Source: a virus (lineage: Duplodnaviria; Caudoviricetes). Taken from it: DNA of 64,000 nucleotides. Within the stretch, counting starts at the first letter, position 1; every line of letters begins with the position of its first letter. Location of the stretch: the IMG/VR virus record IMGVR_UViG_3300009161_000021; one strand, 5' to 3'. This document shows positions 48,148-57,746 of this stretch, piece by piece. A program made the translations under genes and the position numbers. The notes below the pieces were generated by a model. The model had not been told where the DNA came from, did not search any database, and saw only the letters and a program-made list of their open reading frames with translations.

Positions 48148-48993
48148 TTACCTCTTCATCCCTGCGTATGCGATTGAATCTGTACCCGGAGAATCCTCCA
48201 AGTTAACCAGCTGCCCACTGCGAGCTGATATTGAACCTCGAGGGAAAAACTGTTCCGACGACTCTCTGCTCTGGTACAGTGCGCTTCTGATATCTCCCTG
48301 AAGCTCGAGAGCTGCGTCCTCCCGATCGGTTCCATCTTCGAATGGTGGCGCAAGATCCGAGGGATCGGAGAGATATGCGGGCTGCGGCAATCCGAGTGTG
48401 TCCTGTTCAAAGCACTCATCAAGGTAAGGTTCGACCGGTCGATCGATCGGGAAAACGTAATCTACAATCATGTTCACACGACGTCTGACGTCCTCAGCGG
48501 CATTCGAGACTGCTCCACGTACGTCGTGTGGATCATAAGGCCAATCGATGGAGTTTCTGGATGCACGAGCTCGAATTGTGAGGGGCTCGATCACTCCGTC
48601 GTAGGAATCCGTATCTTTTGCGGAAAGATTCCAAAGCACCTGCGGATAGATGAGGGTTGATCCCTCATCCTGAATGAAGGTGACCGGGTTGAAGTTCGCC
48701 ATATCTTCAAGTGTCGTGTCGTCCCTAAAGTCTTTCGGCATTCCAAATGAGAGAACTTCAAGCTCAAAATTTGGGAATTGCTCAACTTTTTTTGTTCCAA
48801 CCTGGGTTGACAGATTCTCGTCAAACAGTTTGAGATTATCGATCCTCTGTCCGTCAACAATCATGACAGGAGAATTCAAGGGTCTTATCTTGGGCATCAT
48901 GCCCTGATAGACCTGCCCGAAGGTTCTTAGCTCAACTCCCTGCAGGCTACCCGAGATTGACTCTGCGCCGATTGTTATCGCCTGTGATGCCAC
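48148..48993 (-). CDS. Hypothetical structural protein
   Basis: 281 aa ORF, GTG start, 1-nt spacing to both neighbours. Confidence 0.75.
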   Translation of the reverse strand: MASQAITIGAESISGSLQGVELRTFGQVYQGMMPKIRPLNSPVMIVDGQRIDNLKLFDENLSTQVGTKKVEQFPNFELEVLSFGMPKDFRDDTTLEDMANFNPVTFIQDEGSTLIYPQVLWNLSAKDTDSYDGVIEPLTIRARASRNSIDWPYDPHDVRGAVSNAAEDVRRRVNMIVDYVFPIDRPVEPYLDECFEQDTLGLPQPAYLSDPSDLAPPFEDGTDREDAALELQGDIRSALYQSRESSEQFFPRGSISARSGQLVNLEDSPGTDSIAYAGMKR

Positions 48994-48994
48994 C

Positions 48995-51900
48995 TCAGAT
49001 TCTCCTAACTGTTGCCGTCACCTGACCGAGCTTGATAGTTCCGCGAAGACCGCGACGATCATTCTCACCGATGTATATTCCGCTCTGTAAGTAGTTAAAT
49101 TTCGACCTTTCGAGCGAGTGGGGCTCAACAACGTAGTTTGATCCTAGAAATCTAGTGTTGCTGGGAATAAACTTCTCTATCATCGCGCCCATTGAAGCAT
49201 CGAACCACTTGAAAAACTCGTAGAGCTGCTTCATCTTTATCTTCTCTGTCAGACGATTGAAGTAAACATCTCTCAGGGCGTCAAGACGAGGATAGTCAGG
49301 TGAGAATTGAAGCTCGGGCGACCCGATCGCATCGTCTATCTCATCCAGGGTCGCAAATATCTTGGAGATATCCTCGTCTAGAACTCTGGTCGCTGAGACC
49401 TCTATCGAGAATCTAAGGTCATCAACTGGAACCTCGGACCTTACGGTTTCATAAACAGGAGAGATCTCCGCATTGTCACGAATCGCCTGATCGTAATCCT
49501 GGAATCCTCGTATTCTTATCTTGTTCGTGGTCTGCGCCTCGTCAAATTGCATCGAGATCACTGACGATGCGACCCTTTCATTAACGATCACCTGCTGTTG
49601 ATTTCCGAAACCCGAACCGATGAGATGAAGGTTGTTTTGCGAGAAGTCGATCAACCTAAGCGATCCACCAGCAGCCGATGATGTCAGCTCTTGGGTGCAT
49701 GCAGCGTCAAATCTCAGCCTCTCCCATGATCCAGACATCGTGCGAACGAAGTTGTAGTTTGTGGCTGGATTTTCCACGCCGACGGATTCGACGTTTCTAG
49801 CATGCTCGAGAAGCTCATCGTTGGTGAGAGCTTTTGACCAGAACTTGATCCTTGAAATCTTTCCGCTGAACATCGACTCTTTCGCGTCTGCGGGAATCGA
49901 CGTTGCGTTAAGGAGCTTCGAGCCTGCCTCGTACAAGGCCTGCGGACCAACGCAGAAGAACGCTCCTGATGTGTTGTATGACGAGATGGTGTCAACTACA
50001 GTACCAGCATCGAAGTAGGATCCAGTGACACGCAGGTAGTCGGAAACACTTGGACCCTGGCGAGCAGCCCAGACGTAGTAGGATGAGCTCGGTTCATTCT
50101 CAGTCATGTCGCGACCGAATGAGACATGCCACGTAGAACCGTCGAAAAGATCGCTTCCAGTCAAAGTAAGACGAAGGTATGGGTTTGATGATCCGTTCGA
50201 AGTTGCGACATAGAGATCGAGAGATGATGTCGCTATTCCGGACGTGGCGACAAGATTTGCGAAAACTCCGTGATGGTTGCTTGGAGATGAGGTTCCGGTG
50301 ACATGAAACCGGGCCAAGCTCTGAACGGGCGCGTGATTTACTCCTGGCTCGAATTTGTAGAAAGCTTCGTATGACCATGAACCTGAGGTCATCAAGCCGT
50401 CTGAAACCGTGTTTGATTTTGTCGGAAGACCCGGTTCAACTCGTGAGGCGCTCAAGTATGAGCTTGAAACGAACGGAAGATAGTTCGGGATTCCAGTGAT
50501 AGAATTGTAGCTGACTGCACCTTCGAAGAGAGAACCGCTGAAATTCAGCATTCCCTGAACAACGGATTTGTTGGACCTGTTTGGAAGTATGTACCCGCTC
50601 TTTGTTCCGCCGTACTCTTTAAACTTTAGTATGCTGTCGGGTTCGATTCCAGCAGAACGAATCAGGCTCTTAACAGCGTGCAGGGTTCCTTTCGATTTCA
50701 TGATGAAAGGAAACTCTTTGAGAACTCGCCTCCAAATCGTATTTTGAACAGCTTGATACGAAGCTTCTAGATCCATAACTTCGGAGGCCATTGATTCTCC
50801 AAGAACAAACCTTGAAGTTTCAACGTTCCTAAACATGTTCGGTAAGTTAAGACCGTAATGTTGAGCTAGAAATGGAAGCATCTGATCGGATATCGTTCCT
50901 GCATCAGAGTAATCCGTTGTTCTTAGCTTCGAGAAGTGATCAATGAAGCATTTTACCTCATCGAATTGCTTCGCCCAAACATAGAGCAACGAGCTTATGA
51001 GCTGAACAGACCCCAGCCTCGTGTCACGAGGGAGTGTGTTTCCAGAATCGATGCTGTCTCCGACACCTCCGTCTATCGAATCTAGAACGTAGAAGTCCTG
51101 CTCCCTGGTAAGATAGTGCTGCGGGATTAGCTTTGTGATAAGATTCGGGTTATTGGCATCGTATTGGGACGCTGAGGTCAGCAACGACGTGTTAAGAGAG
51201 ACCACGTCCGGATGATCTGGGAAAAGAACCGGTGAGTGCTCTATCTTCTCAAAAGTTAAGGGTGATGCAGCGTGCGCCACTCGTTGCGAAGTCGAGTAAT
51301 TGCTAATAGTGGCATGAAGTCCATTACCCGAGCTGTCGATAACCGTTGAGTTGTTCGTATACGATCCTGTAGGCTCGTTGAACCTATACAGCAATTTAAG
51401 AGATTGCTCAGAGTACACAGTCGATCGCATGCTGGAGCTTATCTCAAGAGCAGTTCTATTCCTGTGGAAGATACGAAGATCATCAATAGATCCTGAAAGC
51501 TTTGAGGCTGGTATGAACGTGTACGAGCTCCCAACACTGTGATTGGTGCCAGAACCTATCAAAAGAGGGCTCGACTTAAAATCTATCTGACCAATGTACG
51601 TTGAGTTGCTAGACGATGAAACTAGCTCTCCGTTCTTGAAGAGGTAAAGTCGATCGACGCCCGGGCTTCTGTTGAACTGTGCAGCAACAGATTGAAATGT
51701 GCCTTTGCTGACCTGCACCGATGAGGTCATGAAAGCCGATCCGGATGAGACGAAAAAATTTAGATTGCAGGTGCTTCTTGAAGAGCTCTGCGAAAGAGCT
51801 AGTGTGAACCCTTTATCAGAACCGCTTAGCTTTTGCAGAATTATTTGGTTTCCGTTGATCGCCGATGGGACGAACAGCTGCATCTCGACTGTCATCGATG

Positions 51901-52381
51901 ATAAGCCCGGATCAAGTTTCGGAGCACCAGATTTGTCTCTCGACATCACGGGTATTTCAGAACCAGCACTGTCGACAACTTTAACGTAATTACTTGTGTC
52001 AAAGTTTAGATAACCGACGCTCTTCGGTGATGAGTCGAAAACGTATTTCTCGAAACCAGTTAAGTTATCAAAGAAAGTCTCAATCTCTAAGCGAGGACCA
52101 TCGAAAGGAAACGAATTGAAGATAGTCTCAAAAGCTACGTTCGTTTTTGCCTGAGCTGAGTTAAAGAACGTGTGATTCTCAAAAAGAGACCAGTCAAGTG
52201 GCAGCTGCTGTGTGGACTTAAAACCGGAGCCCGGGGGATCAAAACGAAAAGATGAAGAAGTTGAGAGGTTCAGCTCTTCAACATCAGCAGCGGTGACATC
52301 GCGAATAACAGAGCTGTTACCCTCCAGCTCTTTCGTAAGCTGCTCTTTGGCGAATCCGCCTGCGTAGAAGCTGTTAGGCAC
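48995..52381 (-). CDS. Baseplate wedge subunit (gp7 / P2 gpI-like core) with two LamG domains
   Basis: MLPFLAQHYG...WRRVL...KSKGTLHAVKSLIRSAGI core motif; LamG motifs SIDDLRIFH and WHVSFGR...RIKFWSKAL; follows gp6. Confidence 0.65.
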   Translation of the reverse strand: MPNSFYAGGFAKEQLTKELEGNSSVIRDVTAADVEELNLSTSSSFRFDPPGSGFKSTQQLPLDWSLFENHTFFNSAQAKTNVAFETIFNSFPFDGPRLEIETFFDNLTGFEKYVFDSSPKSVGYLNFDTSNYVKVVDSAGSEIPVMSRDKSGAPKLDPGLSSMTVEMQLFVPSAINGNQIILQKLSGSDKGFTLALSQSSSRSTCNLNFFVSSGSAFMTSSVQVSKGTFQSVAAQFNRSPGVDRLYLFKNGELVSSSSNSTYIGQIDFKSSPLLIGSGTNHSVGSSYTFIPASKLSGSIDDLRIFHRNRTALEISSSMRSTVYSEQSLKLLYRFNEPTGSYTNNSTVIDSSGNGLHATISNYSTSQRVAHAASPLTFEKIEHSPVLFPDHPDVVSLNTSLLTSASQYDANNPNLITKLIPQHYLTREQDFYVLDSIDGGVGDSIDSGNTLPRDTRLGSVQLISSLLYVWAKQFDEVKCFIDHFSKLRTTDYSDAGTISDQMLPFLAQHYGLNLPNMFRNVETSRFVLGESMASEVMDLEASYQAVQNTIWRRVLKEFPFIMKSKGTLHAVKSLIRSAGIEPDSILKFKEYGGTKSGYILPNRSNKSVVQGMLNFSGSLFEGAVSYNSITGIPNYLPFVSSSYLSASRVEPGLPTKSNTVSDGLMTSGSWSYEAFYKFEPGVNHAPVQSLARFHVTGTSSPSNHHGVFANLVATSGIATSSLDLYVATSNGSSNPYLRLTLTGSDLFDGSTWHVSFGRDMTENEPSSSYYVWAARQGPSVSDYLRVTGSYFDAGTVVDTISSYNTSGAFFCVGPQALYEAGSKLLNATSIPADAKESMFSGKISRIKFWSKALTNDELLEHARNVESVGVENPATNYNFVRTMSGSWERLRFDAACTQELTSSAAGGSLRLIDFSQNNLHLIGSGFGNQQQVIVNERVASSVISMQFDEAQTTNKIRIRGFQDYDQAIRDNAEISPVYETVRSEVPVDDLRFSIEVSATRVLDEDISKIFATLDEIDDAIGSPELQFSPDYPRLDALRDVYFNRLTEKIKMKQLYEFFKWFDASMGAMIEKFIPSNTRFLGSNYVVEPHSLERSKFNYLQSGIYIGENDRRGLRGTIKLGQVTATVRRI

Positions 52382-53893
52382 TTAGGACCCCACCGTGAAT
52401 CTTACGTTTTTATCTTCGACAATGTACTCCGATCCTTGATCGATTACCAGATAATCTACTGTCATTAGCTTACCAGCTGGTAAGCCGTCGGTGTAAAGAT
52501 CAAAGAACAAACCTGAAGCATCATTTGAAAGTCTTGTTCCACCTCGATCTCTCTCAAAAGGAACATAGACATTACTCTCTATGTCTCTTATCCTGTAGTA
52601 CATCTCTGGAAGCGCGCTCTTAACGGGCTTGGGAACACGAACAGCAGACGGTTCGTAGTTCGAATCATACGCGAAGACTCGTAAGCGATGGGACGAATTA
52701 GCATCGTACTTCGACCTGAAGTTTGTTGTCTTAATCGAAAGTTGCCGCGGAACTGCACTCAGAGCTGTTCTCTCTGGCATCGAGCATGTTAGAAAAGTTG
52801 AGAGATAGACCACGCTTCCATCTATCGATTGCCATTTTTCGCTGAAAGTGATGGACCCTGAGGCTCGCGCGTAATCAGAAATTTTGAGAGTCCCTGTTAC
52901 GACCGAGCTGTCTTGCGCCGAGATGAAGAAGGATCCAACGTAAGAACCTGGTTTTTGGAACGAACTGACTGTCTGCTGTGAAGCAGAAATGATCTTTGTG
53001 AAAGATCCAGTGGAAAGAACGATGCGCAAGCAGTTCGATCCCGTGATACTCTGGGAAGATGAAAGCAAGTTGCTCGCCACAGACCCGACCACGTTGTTGA
53101 GATATAAAGATCCAGAAGCATCAAAGAAAGAAGATATATGCGCATCGAAGATTGCACTATTCGAGCTGACTTCTAAGTGAGGGACCAGCTCTTTGTTAGT
53201 CACATGCCTTGAAGCAAACCTCTTGACGAACCTCGTCGTCTGATCAGTCTCCTGGCTGGATGTGAAAGCTACGACAAAACCATAGTTCGGTATCAAGTTT
53301 GAGATTGTTGCGGATACCACGTCGGTTACGTCAACGAAAAGATCCTCATTACCAACAACAAACTGCTGCTTTGACTCAAGGCTTCTAAGTCCTAGACCGT
53401 CTTGAAGATTACCTGATGAGAAATAATCTACCCCGGTGTCTCCTACAGCTCCAGATCCGTAAGCTCCGGAGATCGACCATAGAACTCCAGATGAAGAGCT
53501 AAGATAGTTGCAAGAGTCGATATCCGTGAATGAAGCTACATCACGACCGAAACCTTCACTAAAGTCTCTCGCGAGCGGAAAAACTGAGACGGTGAAATTT
53601 TGCGGAACAGGCAAGTTCGTTGCAACTGATCTCAATCTAAGACGTGCCGTGAAAGTGCTAGAATTCACGTCAAGAGACCCAGAAGAGAGAGAAACCAAAC
53701 GAGAGATGTCAAACTTTAGGAGCAGTCGAGAGAGTTCTGTGTGTCCGCCTGTTGATCCAGAGAGAGTCTCGTCATAGAGCTTAAAAAGATCAAGAGTTCC
53801 CGCTCGTCCGACGTTAGCGTCTTTAACGCGAGATCCATCGACTATCTTATTCGTGATGTAAGTGTCAGCTGAAGCTGTTGCGATTATGTACAT
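52382..53893 (-). CDS. Baseplate-associated protein with DNRLRE/CBM96-like N-terminal domain
   Basis: ASADTYIT...SRLLLKFDIS...ARLRL...F.EG.G pattern; lies between gp6 and the gp7-like gene. Confidence 0.5.
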   Translation of the reverse strand: MYIIATASADTYITNKIVDGSRVKDANVGRAGTLDLFKLYDETLSGSTGGHTELSRLLLKFDISRLVSLSSGSLDVNSSTFTARLRLRSVATNLPVPQNFTVSVFPLARDFSEGFGRDVASFTDIDSCNYLSSSSGVLWSISGAYGSGAVGDTGVDYFSSGNLQDGLGLRSLESKQQFVVGNEDLFVDVTDVVSATISNLIPNYGFVVAFTSSQETDQTTRFVKRFASRHVTNKELVPHLEVSSNSAIFDAHISSFFDASGSLYLNNVVGSVASNLLSSSQSITGSNCLRIVLSTGSFTKIISASQQTVSSFQKPGSYVGSFFISAQDSSVVTGTLKISDYARASGSITFSEKWQSIDGSVVYLSTFLTCSMPERTALSAVPRQLSIKTTNFRSKYDANSSHRLRVFAYDSNYEPSAVRVPKPVKSALPEMYYRIRDIESNVYVPFERDRGGTRLSNDASGLFFDLYTDGLPAGKLMTVDYLVIDQGSEYIVEDKNVRFTVGS

Positions 53894-55731
53894 CAGAGTG
53901 CCGTCCCGATAATGTCATTCTGGGGATATCTAAGCTCAAAAATACTTCCGGGTGGTCCAAAGACCACACCTCGCTTCGTGTACTGCTTGACGTTATGAGT
54001 CACGTTCGAGTACGTTCTTTCCTGAATCACCCCACTAAGACTTTCGACCTTAAGGTCGACTAGGGTCAATACCCCGGGGGTGTTGATTATGACGTTCTGC
54101 ATGTCTGATAGCATGATCGGCTGATCGATCTGGAAGTTATTTACGGTCAGAATTCCAGTAAGTCTCGAAATAACGGACTGCAGTGTGGTTGATTTGTTGG
54201 CGTTAGGTGAAATGAAAACAGTGAACTTAACGCGGAAGTTGATCACTTTAGCGTCAAGAACGTCTATCGCATCGCTGATCAGTCTATACTCATTAAGATA
54301 GACTCGTAGGTTCTTCTTAAGAGTATCAGGAGAGACCGTTAAGAATCCCGAGCTGTCCTTCGAACAGATGAAGAGTTGGCTTGCCAGAGGATTGTCTGGA
54401 TTCGGCCTAACGGCAGCTCGATAGGCTCTCCCGAGCTTTGTTGGAAGCGTGTACACTCTAGAGATCAGGTCCTCTTTTGTAACGATTCTCTCTTGCTGAT
54501 TTCTAGCGGCAGGAATCTGAGAACGAATTTCTTCGAGAGTCGGCGCATTGCTGCCTCCTGAAGCAGGCGAATCGTTTCTAACATCGAACGTGGTTCTGAT
54601 GGAGGAAGCGACCGACGCAGGACATGCATCCGGAAATTCCATCTTAAGCGTCTGTATTCCACGAATTGTTCGCGCGGCAACGTTATGAGATGCTCCGCCT
54701 CCGTATCGATAAGTCACTGTTATTGTAGTATTCTCGGGTTTGACGCCCAAAGTTTTCGTGTTTAGAAGCGAGCTTGGGTCGATGCTAAAACGACTTAAAG
54801 TTGAAGTTCCGTAGAGCGGCAGAGCCAAAGTTTCAGGATCTGGAATCGCATCATCAGCCGTGGTAAGAGCAGTTCCACCCCCGAACTGTATCTTGGACTT
54901 TCTAGATGTCACATCGAAGTTATGAACAAATCTTCTTGGAGCCGGAATAACCTCGATGGATCTGGAAACTTCTTCGGAATCGACAGAAAGATTTGGGAAA
55001 GTTCTAAAAACGGTGTCCTGACTTAAAGTTTGAACTTCGTAGTAAACATTCCCTTCTGAGTCAACGACCTCCACAATTTCGCTCGGGTCAGAATTTCCAA
55101 GTGAAATTGTGAAAAATGGATCTGGATTTGCTGCTATCTCGAAAGATTCGATCGCAATCTTTCCGGATACGCATGAGACGTCACGCTTCATTACGAAGCT
55201 TGAGGGATTTCCGGATGCGTCAACGTTTCCAACCACGTATTTCGACGCAAGCCCACCAAGTCGATTTTTCTCAGCAAAATCGACGTCCTCGGCAGTCGAG
55301 AATATGATTCCAGCTGATGACGCCAAAAGCGTGCTCTGGAGAACTTTAGGAAGAGTGTCCTCATCTGGGACGTATTCCCCATCGATAAATCTTGAAGGAA
55401 CTTCTACGAACATCGATACTGTAGCGACCGAAGGAGAAGCTCCTTTCGGTTTGATTCCAGCTTCAGTTATCATCCTTGAAACGTTCGCGTTCTCGACAGC
55501 TGTCGACCATGACATTTCTCTGAACTGGTGATCGAGATAAAATGACATCGAGTCTGCCACGGAAGCAGCCATATCGAGCATCAAACCACCGACGCTTGCT
55601 TCCGAGAAGTCTTGTATTTTGTCTCCGAAATACGTTCTAGCGTATCTCAGGAGATCGCCTCTGAAAGAATCGAAATCTTTGTTAAGATACGTTCGATTTC
55701 TCAAGTTCTTAAGCTGCTGGTCACCCGCCAT
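53893..55731 (-). CDS. gp6: Baseplate wedge protein (T4 gp6 / baseplate J-like)
   Basis: YLNKDFDSFRGDLLRYA...DFSEASVGGLMLDMAA...SFYLD, YRYGGG...N, ASGGSNAPTLEEIR...QERIVTKEDL motifs. Confidence 0.88.
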   Translation of the reverse strand: MAGDQQLKNLRNRTYLNKDFDSFRGDLLRYARTYFGDKIQDFSEASVGGLMLDMAASVADSMSFYLDHQFREMSWSTAVENANVSRMITEAGIKPKGASPSVATVSMFVEVPSRFIDGEYVPDEDTLPKVLQSTLLASSAGIIFSTAEDVDFAEKNRLGGLASKYVVGNVDASGNPSSFVMKRDVSCVSGKIAIESFEIAANPDPFFTISLGNSDPSEIVEVVDSEGNVYYEVQTLSQDTVFRTFPNLSVDSEEVSRSIEVIPAPRRFVHNFDVTSRKSKIQFGGGTALTTADDAIPDPETLALPLYGTSTLSRFSIDPSSLLNTKTLGVKPENTTITVTYRYGGGASHNVAARTIRGIQTLKMEFPDACPASVASSIRTTFDVRNDSPASGGSNAPTLEEIRSQIPAARNQQERIVTKEDLISRVYTLPTKLGRAYRAAVRPNPDNPLASQLFICSKDSSGFLTVSPDTLKKNLRVYLNEYRLISDAIDVLDAKVINFRVKFTVFISPNANKSTTLQSVISRLTGILTVNNFQIDQPIMLSDMQNVIINTPGVLTLVDLKVESLSGVIQERTYSNVTHNVKQYTKRGVVFGPPGSIFELRYPQNDIIGTAL

Positions 55732-55734
55732 TTA

Positions 55735-56217
55735 TCATCCCGTAAAGTTGAATGTGATTGATAGTGTCTGCTGCGTCAAGTTTGCGCGTGGCACAGAGTA
55801 AGTAATTGCTAATTTTATCTTTGAAAGAGCTGTTAGCCCAGCATCCTGGGGAGTTGCGATAAAATTTTCAAGAATTACGAACGGCATATACTTCGAGACA
55901 GCAGCGCTGATCCTTCTCATTGCTTCCTGGTCACCGTCTTCTGAAGCAAGCTCATGTAGAATGGGCTTTAGATTAGCTCCGAAATCCACAAATCCGAGCC
56001 TCTCATTACGATTAGTGAGGATCAAGTTCGCTAGATTGTCTCTTATCTGGTCCCCAAGAGAACGATGCATCCTGAAGATTCCATCCTCGGTACTTCCAAG
56101 CTCTAGCGGAGTCTTAATTCCGATCGGAGGGGCGGTGACAACCGCTTTGCTGCGCTCATCAAAGTCAGATTTTTTTGTTCCGACACTGTTGAAGCTGTAA
56201 GATCTTGCTTGTGCCAC
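55735..56217 (-). CDS. gp25: Baseplate wedge protein (gp25-like)
   Basis: QIRDNLANLILTNRNERL...FGANLKPIL...AVSKYMPFV motif. Likely GTG start at 56217 with GAGG RBS (track ORF starts at 56235). Confidence 0.88.
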   Translation of the reverse strand: MAQARSYSFNSVGTKKSDFDERSKAVVTAPPIGIKTPLELGSTEDGIFRMHRSLGDQIRDNLANLILTNRNERLGFVDFGANLKPILHELASEDGDQEAMRRISAAVSKYMPFVILENFIATPQDAGLTALSKIKLAITYSVPRANLTQQTLSITFNFTG

Positions 56218-56233
56218 CGGAGTTCCTCTCAAC

Positions 56234-56256
56234 ATAAATAGAGCGATCCTCTATTT
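56234..56256 (-). promoter_or_regulatory. Putative late promoter motif (CTATTTAT) in the 3' arm of an 8-bp hairpin
   Basis: AAATAGAG-GATCG-CTCTATTT hairpin; the motif ends 16 nt upstream of the gp25 GTG. Confidence 0.4.
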
Positions 56257-56273
56257 TCGTGAATCGCTTAGCG

Positions 56274-57746
56274 TCACTCTCCGTAGATGATCGTTGAACC
56301 AAGACCTATAGCTGCAGTCTTAAGCTGTACTTGTTTCGTCAGAATTGAAGCTTGCAAGCTCGTTGCTGCTACAGTCAATGTTGTTCCAGCGATAACTGCT
56401 CCAGGGACGGGACCTCCTGCATTCGCTGACGTCGTAAGAGAGCTTGCGACAGTTGTGAGCTGCGTGCAGAAATTGTTGATATCAGCCAGTATGCTATTAA
56501 GGAAATCGACGAGAACGCTGTACTTGACGTACGGTTCTTTTGCTCCTTTCGAAGCGTATGACATCAATCTAATTTGCTTTCCAGACAGATGTAGAACTCC
56601 AGTTTCATGAAGGATAACTGAAGCGCCGTCGAGCTTTGCCGCTCCAGACTCGTTCGTACTCGGTTCCTTCATGATTATGATTGAACCAGGATCTTTTTTC
56701 TCTCTGTTAAAAAGACCCTCGAACCCCTTCGCTTCAGGTAACGTTCTACTTCCCCTTGAAATTAAGCGAAGATTGTCAGCTTTTAAGACGGCGAACGATC
56801 CGTTGCTCTTCTTACTCGCAGGAAAACCTAGAAATCCAGCATCCGACGGAAGCTTAAGAGAAAGAAGATTGTCTGGATGATTCTTTTTGTCTTGTGAGGT
56901 TCCAGCAACTAGATAAAGTCGGGCTGCGTCCTCTTTGAAATCTGCATCGCCTTCGGTCGGTCTATTGGTTCGCTTATCGTTCTCTGGAGTATTCAAAAAT
57001 GAATCTTTTATCTCAGTTGCAGCTGTAACTGGTCGACCGCCTCTACCGACAACGATGTCAATGGCTCCCATATTGGGATCAACGTCGTCGTCGTTTGCGC
57101 TAAACTTGATCGAATCAGAGTTAGCTGCAAAATGACCTCGAGCCTCTCCTAGCATTATCAACGTGTTGTTGGAACCTTGAAGGATCAAGTCACCAGCTCT
57201 CTTGTTGTAACGAGGAACTGCCTCAAATCTATGAGTTTCTTTCGCGTACTCAAGAACTTTGACCATTTCTTCAGGATCGGTCGTTGGGCTTTCTATCGTT
57301 GATTGATCATCAGACTCATCTTCTTCATTAGAAAATTTTGCAGAGAGAGATTTTGGCTCTTTGACAGCGGGTTGTCCGTACGTTCTCTTAAAGAAAGTGA
57401 AGTTTGTGTCTTCAACGTGATTAGGAGCACTGACTCTTGACATCCAATAGCCGACACCTCCACCCTTGTTGTCTGCATTCTCATACACGAACCAGACTTC
57501 TTCTCCGGGTTTAAGAGGAAGGCAAAAGTGAGAAGAGAAGAAAGGATAGCAAACAATCTCTCTATCACTCTGCTTTGACTCTCCCATCGAGATCGGCTTC
57601 ACAACTGCTGAATTTCTTGGAATCTCTGCGTAAGCAGGTGTGAAGACAAGCGATTTATAGTCGCTAAGAGATCTTCTGCGATCAGTAAGTCCTGAAACTG
57701 TGTTAACAACATCAACGACAAGACCGCGAAAGAAAACTGTCGACAT
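56274..57746 (-). CDS. Baseplate hub / spike protein (gp5-like OB fold), no lysozyme domain seen
   Basis: CYPFF...LPLKPGEEVWF...YW OB-fold-type motif; GDLILQGSNNTLIML; directly upstream of gp25. Confidence 0.6.
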   Translation of the reverse strand: MSTVFFRGLVVDVVNTVSGLTDRRRSLSDYKSLVFTPAYAEIPRNSAVVKPISMGESKQSDREIVCYPFFSSHFCLPLKPGEEVWFVYENADNKGGGVGYWMSRVSAPNHVEDTNFTFFKRTYGQPAVKEPKSLSAKFSNEEDESDDQSTIESPTTDPEEMVKVLEYAKETHRFEAVPRYNKRAGDLILQGSNNTLIMLGEARGHFAANSDSIKFSANDDDVDPNMGAIDIVVGRGGRPVTAATEIKDSFLNTPENDKRTNRPTEGDADFKEDAARLYLVAGTSQDKKNHPDNLLSLKLPSDAGFLGFPASKKSNGSFAVLKADNLRLISRGSRTLPEAKGFEGLFNREKKDPGSIIIMKEPSTNESGAAKLDGASVILHETGVLHLSGKQIRLMSYASKGAKEPYVKYSVLVDFLNSILADINNFCTQLTTVASSLTTSANAGGPVPGAVIAGTTLTVAATSLQASILTKQVQLKTAAIGLGSTIIYGE

